Source: a virus
Direction: 5' to 3' (one strand)
IMG/VR virus record: IMGVR_UViG_3300045007_000107
Location: 37,702 to 101,701 of that record
Length of the DNA: 64,000 bases
The translations under genes were made by a program, and so were the position numbers. The notes under the pieces were generated by a model. The model ran no database searches. It saw only the letters and a program-made list of their open reading frames with translations, and was not told the origin of the DNA. Below, one piece after another: positions 1 through 9,872 of the stretch; the stretch's first letter is position 1; each line of letters begins with the position of its first letter.

Positions 1-226
1 CACATAGAAGCATCAGTAGAACCCCTAGTAAACACTATAGGCCCTTCCCGTAGTTCTCAACAACTCTCAACACATCCACACACAAGCAAGTTAGTAATGG
101 CTGGCGAAATTTCCGAATAGTAAATGGGGAGGCTCCCTGATGGAGTAGGAATAGTAAAAGATCAACGTATTCAAGGAGTTGTAGGAATAGTAAAAGAGCA
201 TGGTCCCGTAGAAGGAGGAGGAAATC

Positions 227-295
227 ATGGTGATCTTGGGCCTCGTGGTGGTGTTGGTCGTGTGCGTCCTGATCCTGGCGACCGGCCTGGACTAG
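227..295 (+). CDS. 22-aa hydrophobic membrane peptide (MVILGLVVVLVVCVLILATGLD)
   Basis: Strong RBS GAAGGAGGAGG upstream; single TM-like peptide; below the ORF-track cutoff. Confidence 0.45.
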   Translation: MVILGLVVVLVVCVLILATGLD

Positions 296-866
296 AGATT
301 GGACCCGGAGTAGTCTGTATAGACTATGTGGTATAGAAGTACCACATAAAGGAGATAGACGAGTATGTCGAGGATCAATGGAGTAGGTAGAAGTCGTGGA
401 TATCACCCGATAGAAGGAGGTGGGTTTGTCTACGTCCATATGTACAAAAAGCAATGGTGGTGGAGGGCTACTGACGAGAACAAGACCCCCGTGGGGCAGC
501 GTATGGGACCGTTCACTGATAGTGACGCCGCCGCTGCCGACGCCAATAGGAACGTGTAATACACGCTTGCATCCGTCTGCACGATCCGGTACGTATTACA
601 TCGGGTCGTGCGGACCCACGGAGATATGTTATGTTCAAAGTACAGACGAAAGAGTATTCGCTCGGGCGGCGTTGGCAGGACCTTAAGTCCTTTCACCGCA
701 ATCGCTTCGTGACCGAAGAAGATGCATGGGCCTACGTCGAGAGCCTGGATCAGGACGGTGTTCGTGACACGGGGAATTTTCGGGTAGTGCCCGCGTAACC
801 CCTTGCAGCCATCTGCACGCTCGCGTATTACAGCTACGGGGCGTGCGGCCCCACGGAGCAAAGACC

Positions 867-1175
867 ATGCGTCTCGCGATTGGTGAAAAGATCATTAAGT
901 CCTCGCGACCCAACCGCCACTTCGTGGCCCTGATCGAGGGCGGCGAGGGGGACAACCGTTACTACTACGTGCATACGAGTATGGCGGTCGTCCATGACGA
1001 GCCCATGGAGGACGACTACGACTGCGAGGATATCGTGGAGGCCGCCCGCGTTTACGAGCGCGAGGTCAAGGACCTGTCCAGTACTGGCAACCCACAGGCC
1101 CAGGCTGAATATGACGATGCACATGGTACCGTCAACGGTTACGCGCCGTGGCAGTACTCGGCCAGCGAATACTGA
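867..1175 (+). CDS. Hypothetical early protein
   Basis: ACGGAG RBS, GC3-biased codons. Confidence 0.7.
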   Translation: MRLAIGEKIIKSSRPNRHFVALIEGGEGDNRYYYVHTSMAVVHDEPMEDDYDCEDIVEAARVYEREVKDLSSTGNPQAQAEYDDAHGTVNGYAPWQYSASEY

Positions 1176-1191
1176 GGGGGAGTGTAATACA

Positions 1192-1467
1192 ATGTCTGGC
1201 AAGCCTTCCGCTCTCGGCTATAAGTTCCTGCGCGAGAACTTCCCCGAGTTCCCCCGCAGCCACTACGCTCGTACGCGGGCGTTCACTGGTAAGGACAATG
1301 GCCCGATCCCCAAGGATCAGCAGGGTGTGACCACCATGGGCGGGATCATCGTCCGCCTGTTCAAGGCTGATGGAGGCCGGCATCGCATCCACGCCGAGTG
1401 CCCCAAGTGCAGGAAGGACATCCCTGCGGGCCGTCTTCACCAGCATGTAGGGGTGTGCGAAGGCTAA
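1192..1467 (+). CDS. Hypothetical protein with C-terminal CxxC...H zinc-finger-like motif
   Basis: GAGGGGG RBS; CPKCRKDIPAGRLHQH. Confidence 0.7.
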   Translation: MSGKPSALGYKFLRENFPEFPRSHYARTRAFTGKDNGPIPKDQQGVTTMGGIIVRLFKADGGRHRIHAECPKCRKDIPAGRLHQHVGVCEG

Positions 1468-1541
1468 CCCTTGCAGCCGTCTGCACACGTGCTACCTTAG
1501 CCCCTGCCCCGTGCGGGGTTTCTTTTTGCGGAGCTACTGTT

Positions 1542-1865
1542 ATGACCCTTAAGGCTTACACCCACCTCTTCACTGATGGTCCGCAGCTTCCTTCTCTCCG
1601 CATCCCTATCCAGGATGAGATGGGCACCGCTTTCTTGGATGTCTGTGGTATCTCACTCTCGGACGCGGCGGATCAAATGGAGGATGGTACGACCATTCAA
1701 CACGCTATTGATATCGAGGATGGCACGGCCTCGGATACGTACGACGATCCGGCCTCGCTCGTGCGAGACATAGTAGGTAGGTCTTTCTCTAACCAAGCGG
1801 CGGGCGTCGTACTTAGCCGTGATGATCAGACGTACCTGCTCACGGTATACTATCTCGTCCCCTGA
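1542..1865 (+). CDS. Hypothetical protein
   Basis: GGAG RBS; followed by a terminator. Confidence 0.6.
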   Translation: MTLKAYTHLFTDGPQLPSLRIPIQDEMGTAFLDVCGISLSDAADQMEDGTTIQHAIDIEDGTASDTYDDPASLVRDIVGRSFSNQAAGVVLSRDDQTYLLTVYYLVP

Positions 1866-1870
1866 TGATT

Positions 1871-1894
1871 AGGCCCTTCGGGGCCTTTTCTTTT
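1871..1894 (+). terminator. Rho-independent terminator
   Basis: AGGCCC-TTCG-GGGCCT hairpin followed by TTTTCTTTT. Confidence 0.8.
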
Positions 1895-2060
1895 GTCTAA
1901 ATAGTAAATGACTATGTGATGAATGTAGTAGGAGGAGTTGTTCGAACAGTAAATGGCTATGTGCGCGCGTGGAGTAGGGGAAGAAGGAATAGTAATAGTA
2001 AAAGTGTATGTGCAAGTCAAAGATGGTGGAGAAGGATAAGAAGTAGATCCAGTTGTTGTT

Positions 2061-2295
2061 CAGGAGTAACATGTTGTAAGACAGTCACGTGTAGTCGAGG
2101 AGTAACATGTAGTATGGCTGTCACATGTAGTATTGGAGTAACATGTTGTCGCCGAGTACCACTGTTGTCGTGGAGTAACGTTGTTCCCGTGTCACATGTG
2201 GCTCAGGAGTAACGTGTTGTAATACGAGTACATGTTGTAGGGAAAGTACACCGAGGTGGTGGAGTAACATGTGGCCGAGGAGTAACGTGTTGCGC
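2061..2295. repeat. Imperfect tandem array, ~18-bp period (GGAGTAACATGTTGT alternating with GTCACATGTAGT)
   Basis: GGAGTAAC at 2063, 2099, 2135, 2172, 2206, 2261, 2279, with related half-units in between. Confidence 0.85.
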
Positions 2296-2627
2296 CCGAG
2301 ACACTAGGTGGAGCGGCAGTTCCCCCGGCGTCACCTCCCCGTCCTGCGGGCGAGCGTTGCCACTCCGCCCCGGCGTCGTCTCGGCCGCGCCCTAGCGCGC
2401 CACTCGGTTAAGCCGTTATGCCTCGGTCCCTCTCCTGCTCCGGTCCTTACGTATTACAGCCCCTTGCAGCCGGCTGCAAGCGGAAAAACGCGTCAACCCC
2501 TAAAAATCGTACGCCCCTCGTTTCGCCTCATCCGTTGCCGTATTACATCTTGCCTTCGCCTGCGGCGTTAACTACTCGTTTACTTGCGACTGCTACAACT
2601 CTACTTGCCTACAACGGAGCTTTACCA

Positions 2628-2969
2628 ATGCGCGTCCATCCTACCGCCGATCTCGCCCAGCTTATCGGTCCCGCCCCCTTCGATATCGAGCCGACCGCTC
2701 CCGCCTTCGCCGATTTCACCCCGGCCCCTAGCGCGCCCGCGCGTATCTATACCGGCATCGTCGCCGATGCGCCGGTCTACAGCGGTATTACAGCCCCGTA
2801 CACGGCAACCACGGGCCGCGCGGCCCTAGCCTTCATCCTCGCCTTTGCGGGCCTCCTCGCCTTCGCTGCAATCGTCTTTGCGGCCTTCGCCTCGACCGAT
2901 CCGACCCCGGTCAAGCGCGCCGACCGTCTCCCTCAGCATCACACTTTTTTCGCCCTCACCCAAAAATAA
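2628..2969 (+). CDS. Hypothetical single-TM protein
   Basis: Start cassette ACGGAGCTTTACCAATG; hydrophobic segment AALAFILAFAGLLAFAAIVFAAFA. Confidence 0.65.
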   Translation: MRVHPTADLAQLIGPAPFDIEPTAPAFADFTPAPSAPARIYTGIVADAPVYSGITAPYTATTGRAALAFILAFAGLLAFAAIVFAAFASTDPTPVKRADRLPQHHTFFALTQK

Positions 2970-3049
2970 CCCCTTGCAGCCATCTGCAAGCCGTGCAATA
3001 ACCCTCTTACCGGCAGCGGTGCCGGACTAACCCATACGGAGCTTTACCA

Positions 3050-3595
3050 ATGCGCGCCATCTCCCTCGCCTCGACCGTCGCCTTCTCCGCCCCGGACCTG
3101 CTCTCCGGCACCACGGCCCCGGCCCCGGCTGCCACAGCCCCGGCCACCCCGGCCCCGACCGACGCGAAGCCTGCCAAGCCTGCCAAGCCCCGCAAGCCGG
3201 TCGCAGCTAAGCCGACCACGGAAGCCAAGCCTGCTCCGGTCGCCAAGCCCGCCCCGGCCGCCGACGCGGAACCCGCCGTCCGCGTCATCGGGACCGCCCG
3301 GACCGCCGCCACCATTGCCAACGGCGCGGCCTCGTTCGGCGGGGTCCTCTCGGATCGGGATCAAGCCTACCTCGCTTTCTTCGCGTCCTTCGCGGGCGCC
3401 AAGCGGGACAAGCGGGTTACCGTCTCCGATATCGCGAACTCGGGTCGCCGCCCCGCCTACAACGGCAGCAACAAGCCGCACGATGCGGGCGTCGTCACCC
3501 GTCTAGCGAAAGCCGGTATCCTCACGGTCGAAGCGGACGGCGCGGCCTTCACGTTCACGAAGCGGGGTCGCGAAACCAAGCTCATCGGGGCCTAA
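3050..3595 (+). CDS. Ala/Pro/Lys-rich protein with C-terminal winged-helix-like domain (putative DNA-binding)
   Basis: AKPAKP repeats; C-terminal VTVSDIA...VVTRLAKAGILTV...FTFTKRG resembles a wHTH. Confidence 0.65.
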   Translation: MRAISLASTVAFSAPDLLSGTTAPAPAATAPATPAPTDAKPAKPAKPRKPVAAKPTTEAKPAPVAKPAPAADAEPAVRVIGTARTAATIANGAASFGGVLSDRDQAYLAFFASFAGAKRDKRVTVSDIANSGRRPAYNGSNKPHDAGVVTRLAKAGILTVEADGAAFTFTKRGRETKLIGA

Positions 3596-3848
3596 TCCAA
3601 CGGGGGGGCCACGCGCCCCCCAACTTTCCCCTCCCTGCGACATATCTGCCACTGCGACCTCGGAGCAACACTCCGGGGTTTTTCGCGTTTGCTGTAAAAC
3701 GGCAACACTGCACACACCCCCTCCCTATCTCTAGGTGGACGAAAATTTCTACCAAATGGTGGGAGACTTTCGTTCGTGTTCCTGAACCCCGTGACCTCTC
3801 GTCGTAAAATTTTTCCGGTAAAATGAGGAACACTGAAAGAAACACTCT

Positions 3849-3868
3849 TGTAATACGTCGGTATTACA
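3849..3868. promoter_or_regulatory. Inverted repeat TGTAATAC-GTCG-GTATTACA (operator-like)
   Basis: Perfect 8-bp arms in an AT-rich intergenic stretch just upstream of a promoter-like sequence and the 3946 gene. Confidence 0.6.
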
Positions 3869-3945
3869 CTGGAAGACAGGCACAATTTATTTGCGGGCAC
3901 TGGTAATCGCGGCTACCCTACACTTCCACGGAGCATCGACTATTC

Positions 3946-4101
3946 ATGTATTACATCATCCTGCTTGTTACCGGTTTCTTCGCCGGGATCAACCTGTCTC
4001 GCACCTACATAGATGCACGAACTAGAGACCACGACGCGTTCGAGGCAGACATGCGGAACTTCCTGCTCTGCGTGCTCATCCTCACTGTCCTCGCTAAGTA
4101 A
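3946..4101 (+). CDS. Small two-TM hypothetical protein
   Basis: ACGGAGC RBS; MYYIILLVTGFFAG...FLLCVLILTVLAK. Confidence 0.55.
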   Translation: MYYIILLVTGFFAGINLSRTYIDARTRDHDAFEADMRNFLLCVLILTVLAK

Positions 4102-4113
4102 GCGGATACTCTT

Positions 4114-4524
4114 ATGCAAGTCGGTCCCTACCTTCGCGTCATCCCTCGCGATCTCTTCAATGAGGCTAATCTGCTCAAGTGCCTTGGGCTTCTCACCCTG
4201 GCCCTAGAACAGCATCAGGGTCATTGGGCGAGCTTTGCGATCCAAGACGACAGCGTCTCGCACTTCGAGATCGGGCAAGACCCGTCTGACGGATCGATCG
4301 AGGTTACGAACATGCCGTTCATGATCGGCGGGTTTCGCTATCGCCTGTATCGGCCACTCAACTCGCGGATGGACTTCCCTCTCTACTGTCTGCGGATGGG
4401 CGACATGCATTCTGATCAGCATGACTGTCTTACAGATCCCGTCCATGTCTTCAATCGCGAGGGCAAGCTCAGTCGAGCCATGAAGGGTTTGCTCGGACTT
4501 CCTCAGAGGGAGAACGAGCGATGA
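4114..4524 (+). CDS. Hypothetical phage protein
   Basis: ORF coupled to its neighbours; codon bias. Confidence 0.7.
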   Translation: MQVGPYLRVIPRDLFNEANLLKCLGLLTLALEQHQGHWASFAIQDDSVSHFEIGQDPSDGSIEVTNMPFMIGGFRYRLYRPLNSRMDFPLYCLRMGDMHSDQHDCLTDPVHVFNREGKLSRAMKGLLGLPQRENER

Positions 4525-4892
4525 GTACACGCAAAGGGATCCGACACGTCGGTATCAAGCGCATCCTCGAAAGGCTCGCTGGACGGTACCGGGGGTTCAT
4601 GAGCGAGCAAGAGTGCCAGATCCAGGCAAAGTGTGAGCTTGGCTCGATGCTCATGCAGGCCAGGGAAGCGGGAGCCAAGATCGAGGACATCTCCCGCATC
4701 CTTGGTCACACCAATACCGCTACCACTCGGATGCTGATCCACAAGGCGTACGAGCGGCAGGGCCGGATCGAACCGGTTCAACGCTACTGTGATCCTCTCA
4801 ACGAGTACGAACTGAACGAGCTTGCAGACGGCTGCAATCGTTCTCTCGACATGATAAGATTGTCGGAGGCTCAGGGTTATCACGGGGCCTAG
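4521..4892 (+). CDS. Hypothetical protein, possible HTH
   Basis: GAKIEDISRILGHTNTATTRMLI resembles an HTH. Confidence 0.6.
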   Translation: MSTRKGIRHVGIKRILERLAGRYRGFMSEQECQIQAKCELGSMLMQAREAGAKIEDISRILGHTNTATTRMLIHKAYERQGRIEPVQRYCDPLNEYELNELADGCNRSLDMIRLSEAQGYHGA

Positions 4893-4946
4893 TTCGGCAC
4901 ATGTAATAAAAAATTCGCGCGGCCTGTGGCAGAGAGGACGAAGCAC

Positions 4947-5933
4947 ATGGATAAATATGATCGCGCGTTGGCGGTTTTTCTACTGCTCGTTGGTGCGGGG
5001 AATGCGGCAGTCTTGATCCGCCTTTACCATCTCGGCATTCCGGTAAACACGACCAAGGTCGCCATCCACCTGTTCTTCGTCGGTATGTCGGTCTGTGCCC
5101 TCGTCGCGCTGTGGCTGGATCGCGACTTGCGGGGTGACCGGTGATGAACTGGCGGATGTTTGCCTTTTACTTCGGTGCGCGCTTTGGGGCAATTGGTTAC
5201 GGCTGGTTGCTCGCGTACGCGCTCGCTCAGGGCGGGGCGCTCAAGGCGTCGGTCTTGTTCGGTACCCTCATGGGGCTCATGCTCGCCTTCTTTATTTGGG
5301 GCGTGTGGGAGTACCGGCGTAGTCTGCGGGAAGAGGACGACGAATGATGATTTGGGCTTGGATCTTAATGCTTGCAGCCGGCTGCACGGCGATCAGTAAC
5401 CTCGTGGCCTCCGGCGGCTACAGCGTCGATAGGGACGATAGGCCACTGAGCGGGTTCTTATTCTGGAACGGGATCTTGCTGGGCTTTATCACGATCCTGC
5501 TCGTTGTTATTATCGTTAAGTGAGGCGCTATGTCGGATCTCGCAACAATCGGTTATCTGCTAAGTCACCTGGGATGCCTGCTCGTTGGTCTCGGTGCCGG
5601 TGACTACGCTGTCACGTCACAGGGTGACCGCGCCCTACCCGCCTTTCTCGTCGGGGCTGCGTCCCTCTTGCTAGGGTGCTACCTCTTCGGGTGGCACTGA
5701 TGCCGATATTTCCCGAAGACATTCAACAGCTTAGTTACCAAGTAGAGTACGGGTTAACCGTAGCAGCGATCCTCGGTAACTCTGCCCTTATCCTGTTCAT
5801 CTTGGGCGGGGTAAGTGACCTGTACCGTGTCAAAATAGGGGGCTGGTCGATGCGGTACACACTGGTGGGCATACTGCTGGTTTGGGTGGTTCTCGGGATC
5901 ATCGGCTGGCTGGTTCTGACCAATCAACTGTAG
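4947..5933 (+). other. Run of five closely spaced small membrane-protein genes (4947-5144, 5141-5347, 5344-5523, 5530-5700, 5700-5933)
   Basis: Overlapping or adjacent stop/start codons; each 56-77 aa with two hydrophobic segments. Confidence 0.7.
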
Positions 5934-5995
5934 TCAAAAGAAACGCAATAGGGTATAATCCTTCGTCGGAAATACCCCCTAATGAGGTAATACGT

Positions 5996-6664
5996 ATGTC
6001 TAAGGTGATCGTTCGTGCTAAATATGCTGAGGCAAAGACGCTCGGAGAGCTGTACGAACTGCTCGGAATGTTGATTACCGATGACGTAATGGGGACTATG
6101 CCTGTCCGTTTGGCTGGCGATGACGAGAATAATAAGGGCGTCAAGGTCTCGATTTTGTTCACGGACGAGGACGCGGAAGGGCAAACTATCGCCCCGGCAG
6201 TGACGCTTTCAGACGTTTACATTGATCCCGAAGACATTTTAGCGCCCGCATTTGTTGACGTGGGAGGGCTAAAACCCTTCGAAAAGACCATCGAAGATGC
6301 CATGCTGCGGGTTATCGAGAGGCAAATGCGGCCCGGTGGTCTGCTCAATGACTTCTTCGCCAAGCGCGTGACCATCGAGGTTCTGCCCGAGTTCATCGAG
6401 GCCGAGAACTTCGGCGATGGCGGTAAGCCGTACGAGGCCGAGGCACGCTACCCGACCCACGCGCAAGTACAGGGCTCGGGCGAGTACCAGGGGGCTATCG
6501 TCCCTGGCGAATTCACCATTCCCGCAGGCGCCGGTCCTGGCGCGCGTGTTCGGGTAGGGACGACGCCCCTCGGCGAGAGCTACATCGAGTTCTGCGACGG
6601 CAGCGGCAATGGCCTGTCGAAGCATGTGCTCAACACCTATGTGGTGCCACGCGCCAAGGACTAA
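5996..6664 (+). CDS. Hypothetical protein
   Basis: GAGG RBS, TATAAT upstream, terminator downstream. Confidence 0.7.
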   Translation: MSKVIVRAKYAEAKTLGELYELLGMLITDDVMGTMPVRLAGDDENNKGVKVSILFTDEDAEGQTIAPAVTLSDVYIDPEDILAPAFVDVGGLKPFEKTIEDAMLRVIERQMRPGGLLNDFFAKRVTIEVLPEFIEAENFGDGGKPYEAEARYPTHAQVQGSGEYQGAIVPGEFTIPAGAGPGARVRVGTTPLGESYIEFCDGSGNGLSKHVLNTYVVPRAKD

Positions 6665-6681
6665 GCGTGCAGCCGTCTGCA

Positions 6682-6705
6682 AGGGAGTCTCGTGCTCCCT
6701 TTTTC
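6682..6705 (+). terminator. Rho-independent terminator
   Basis: AGGGAG...CTCCCT followed by TTTT. Confidence 0.6.
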
Positions 6706-6722
6706 TATGGGATCGATCATCT

Positions 6723-7106
6723 ATGTCCTGTATTGTCTATCGCTGGACGCGCGAGCGTAACGAGGAACTAGCGGCGCTGTACGCAAAAGCCGACACCGTA
6801 CACGAAGTCGTTGAGCGGCTTAAGGAATTGCATCCCGGTGAGCGGTTCAACTACGGCCTTGTTCGCAAACAGGCCAACCTCATAGGGTCACGACTTGAGC
6901 GGCGCTACAAGACGCGGAATAAAGAGGAGCGGGGTGTGCATATCAGGATACCTCACGACTCTTACGCCCGTATCAAAGACGAGGCAAAGCGCAGGAGGTT
7001 GAGCATAAGCAATCTGGTAACGACCATCTTGCAGAACGTTGAGCGCGACAGCTTATTCAACGCTGTCCTAGAAGAGGAAGCCGACCATGGACATGCAGAA
7101 GCCTGA
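6723..7106 (+). CDS. Putative transcription regulator (GcrA-like N-terminus plus RHH-like C-terminus)
   Basis: WTRERNEELAALY resembles the GcrA N-terminus; VHIRIPHDSYARIKDEAKRRRLSISNLVTTIL resembles an RHH. Confidence 0.55.
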   Translation: MSCIVYRWTRERNEELAALYAKADTVHEVVERLKELHPGERFNYGLVRKQANLIGSRLERRYKTRNKEERGVHIRIPHDSYARIKDEAKRRRLSISNLVTTILQNVERDSLFNAVLEEEADHGHAEA

Positions 7107-7362
7107 GACCGAACTAGGCGACCCGAAAAACCCCGATGGGTTCTGTCCTCACTGCGGATCGCCCGTGTACACACGCGTGACCCCCGAGAACCAAGCGTTC
7201 GAGTTCGCGGATAAGATGCACGACGAGCACAGTCTCGTGGTACCGGACGAGGTGATCCTCCGGCCCGAAACCATGTATGACTGTTGCGACGGCTGCATGG
7301 ACGACCTGATCAAGGAACGCCTGCCGCAGTATCGGCAGAGGTGGCCGGCGAACCAAGACTGA
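7087..7362 (+). CDS. Small Cys-containing hypothetical protein
   Basis: CPHCG and CDGC motifs. Confidence 0.6.
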   Translation: MDMQKPETELGDPKNPDGFCPHCGSPVYTRVTPENQAFEFADKMHDEHSLVVPDEVILRPETMYDCCDGCMDDLIKERLPQYRQRWPANQD

Positions 7363-7431
7363 CGGAACGAGCGTGCAACCCTGGGGGCGGGGCGCTACAC
7401 TCTCCCCGTCATCCTGCTAACGGAGCAGCCT

Positions 7432-7713
7432 ATGTTCAGCCTTAGAGATCCGCTCGTGCGGCGGCGTATCTTCATCTGCGCGTTCACCACGACAGACACC
7501 GTGGATGGGTCCATGCTTCACTTAAAAACTGTTCGGGCCGACAACCCGGCACAGGCCACCGGCATCATCATGTCGTGGGTGTGGAGCCACAACGGCCACC
7601 ACAACATGTTTCGCCTAATCGAGTGGCGGGAACAGTCGAACATGTCCATCGATCAGAACGCGTATTACGGTGATCCCGCAATCGTGGAGCCGAAAAGTGC
7701 CGAAGCAAATTAG
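7432..7713 (+). CDS. Hypothetical protein
   Basis: ACGGAGC RBS. Confidence 0.6.
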   Translation: MFSLRDPLVRRRIFICAFTTTDTVDGSMLHLKTVRADNPAQATGIIMSWVWSHNGHHNMFRLIEWREQSNMSIDQNAYYGDPAIVEPKSAEAN

Positions 7714-8803
7714 GACCAAGTGGCACGACTTTCTGGACTGTTACCGCAAGGGGCAGATCCAGCTAAATATCGGCGGCGGCAAGTTCCGCTCCCCCTCCCG
7801 GTTCAAGAACTGGAACCAGAGTCCGCTCGACACCGTTCTTGCCGAGATCACCCTGCATCCCGAGGTGGTTCAGCACTTCGTCTTCGAGGATGATGCGCGC
7901 CCGTTCATCGTCTCGAAGCAAGCGATTGACACCATCGAGGTGCTCAAGCGGTTCAACAAATACCGTCTGCCGGCACCGATCTGTCTGGCCGAATTCCAGA
8001 CAACCGATAGGTTCATGCGGGCGTTTGTTCTCTGCTACGAGAACGACTACGTGTCGAAGCATCGGCCACTTCAACCAGCGAGGTCGCAGTACCCGTTCAG
8101 TGTTGTATGCTTTGGGCTGTTAGACATCGCGGCGGCCTACGAAAAATCCAGCCTCAAGGAAAAGCTGGCGGACGATGGCACGCCGATGCGCCCGATTTAC
8201 GACCAGTGTGCAGTGATCTACCCCGTACGCGCGCACATGGAGAATGTGCCCGGTACCTACGAGTTCGATGACGCGCTCGACCGCTTCGGCAATGCCGACG
8301 AGATCACCTACGAGAAGCGGGAGATTGGCGGGGTCACGTACTCGATGGAACCGGTGCCCTGGATCGACATGAGCCGTGCCGAGTACGAGCGCGAAGAGGT
8401 CAACATCAACCACGTACACGGCACCTTCGTGAGCATTGGCGGATACGCGATCCGCGCGCTGACCGTCATGCTCAACACCAAGGGTATCGGGCGCGAGCGG
8501 ATCGCGGATGCAGACATCTGCAAGCTCAACAAGCGGCGCAATGCCAAGCGCATCCCGACAATCCCGGCCCATGTCTACATCCATATCGCCTCGTACACGA
8601 ACAGGAAGGGGGCACAGGTCCTGGTGGGGGATCGAGGGAAGACCGGGCGCAAGCAACGGTTCCACATGCGCAGCGCGCACGTCAAGCAACAGCCCTATGG
8701 GCCGGGCAAGTCGTTGCGCAAGGAAATCATGGTCGATAGCTATCTCGTCAACGAGGACGAGGGCGGCGATCTCTACAACCCCGTAAGAGTGGTGACAGCC
8801 TGA
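7697..8803 (+). CDS. Hypothetical phage protein with basic C-terminal HxRxxH...YGPG motif
   Basis: Long ORF with GC3 bias; RFHMRSAHVKQQPYGPG. Confidence 0.75.
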   Translation: MPKQIRTKWHDFLDCYRKGQIQLNIGGGKFRSPSRFKNWNQSPLDTVLAEITLHPEVVQHFVFEDDARPFIVSKQAIDTIEVLKRFNKYRLPAPICLAEFQTTDRFMRAFVLCYENDYVSKHRPLQPARSQYPFSVVCFGLLDIAAAYEKSSLKEKLADDGTPMRPIYDQCAVIYPVRAHMENVPGTYEFDDALDRFGNADEITYEKREIGGVTYSMEPVPWIDMSRAEYEREEVNINHVHGTFVSIGGYAIRALTVMLNTKGIGRERIADADICKLNKRRNAKRIPTIPAHVYIHIASYTNRKGAQVLVGDRGKTGRKQRFHMRSAHVKQQPYGPGKSLRKEIMVDSYLVNEDEGGDLYNPVRVVTA

Positions 8804-9018
8804 TGGGTGTACACAGCAAAGTCGGCTTCAAGCGGTTCCCCAAGCAAGGGGATATGCTAGGTCGCGAGGTTCGTGTCTGTTTCAACTACGACACGTCACG
8901 GACAATACCAGGGAAAGTCGTGCGTAACGACCACGAAGACCCTCACCTCATGCTCATTCAACTCGAAGACGGTCGTATCGTTCGCGATGTTGAGTGCCAG
9001 TATACATTCAAGGATTAG
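8803..9018 (+). CDS. Small SH3/Tudor-like hypothetical protein
   Basis: Coupled to the upstream gene; beta-rich. Confidence 0.65.
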   Translation: MGVHSKVGFKRFPKQGDMLGREVRVCFNYDTSRTIPGKVVRNDHEDPHLMLIQLEDGRIVRDVECQYTFKD

Positions 9019-9020
9019 CC

Positions 9021-9374
9021 ATGAGCGTCAAGCATCGCAACTACGTCATGTTCGGCGTGATCCGTCGGCACAAGTTCAAGGATCGTTCCGAGGTTTACGA
9101 GGCCCTGGAAGGGCTTACGGACGAGGGCAACGGACTGCCAGACCCGCGCGAACTTTGCATCCTGTGGGACGGCATGGGTGCGGGGTACGTCGCGATGGGC
9201 TTTATCTATGCAAAAAGCCGAGAATTCGAGGGGTTTTCCGACATCGTAACGATCCCCGAGACTACCCCGGAACTGGTCGCTGCCTGTGTCGAGAAGGTTC
9301 TTCTCGCTCTACCGCAGCAAGACGGCGAACCGCCGCTCGAATTCAAGTGGCACGTGATCTCGCACTACTATTGA
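9021..9374 (+). CDS. Hypothetical protein
   Basis: AAGGA RBS; codon bias. Confidence 0.65.
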   Translation: MSVKHRNYVMFGVIRRHKFKDRSEVYEALEGLTDEGNGLPDPRELCILWDGMGAGYVAMGFIYAKSREFEGFSDIVTIPETTPELVAACVEKVLLALPQQDGEPPLEFKWHVISHYY

Positions 9375-9380
9375 GAGCCC

Positions 9381-9872
9381 ATGCACGACAAGTGGTTTAG
9401 GTGGTCGTCCGAAGATTTCGCCGAGGTTGAGCGTCTGCGCGCAAAGAACAAGACGTGGCAGGAAATTGGCGAAGTCTTCGGGGTTACGAAATACGCTATG
9501 TGCATGGCGTATGGGCACTATAAGAAGAAGGGCTATAAGGCAAAACTCGAAGAACGACAGCAGTTAAGGGAAAGCGTTATCGCCTCTGTCGAAGGAGGGT
9601 GCAGCAGCGTCGCACAGATCGCCAGGGATCACGGCATACTGCCCCGCTCCGCACACTGGATACTGGAACACGCCGGCATAGACCGCGAGATGCGCGAGTT
9701 CTACGCTAAACAACCGATAAGGGAACCGAATGTCCGACCATACAAAGCTCGAAGAACCGAACCTCTGGATACCGGAGCAGAACCAAGTCCATCTAGCTCT
9801 ACTCGGGAAGCTGGCCGAGGAAGCGAACGAACTCGGGGGCCGGGCGGCGCGATGCATCATCCAGGGGCTTGA
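9381..9872 (+). CDS. HTH/Myb-like DNA-binding protein
   Basis: WSSEDFAEVERLR...TWQEIGEVFGVT, plus a second HTH-like segment SVAQIARDHGI. Confidence 0.6.
   Translation: MHDKWFRWSSEDFAEVERLRAKNKTWQEIGEVFGVTKYAMCMAYGHYKKKGYKAKLEERQQLRESVIASVEGGCSSVAQIARDHGILPRSAHWILEHAGIDREMREFYAKQPIREPNVRPYKARRTEPLDTGAEPSPSSSTREAGRGSERTRGPGGAMHHPGA

Noticed and set aside
1916-2212. ORF with VTC hexapeptide repeats
   Set aside because: Likely a by-product of the 18-bp DNA period; atypical codon usage, and the array continues past the stop
2061-2295. Mini-CRISPR array
   Set aside because: Units are only about 18 bp, the intervening sequences are themselves degenerate repeat copies rather than unique spacers, and no cas genes are present
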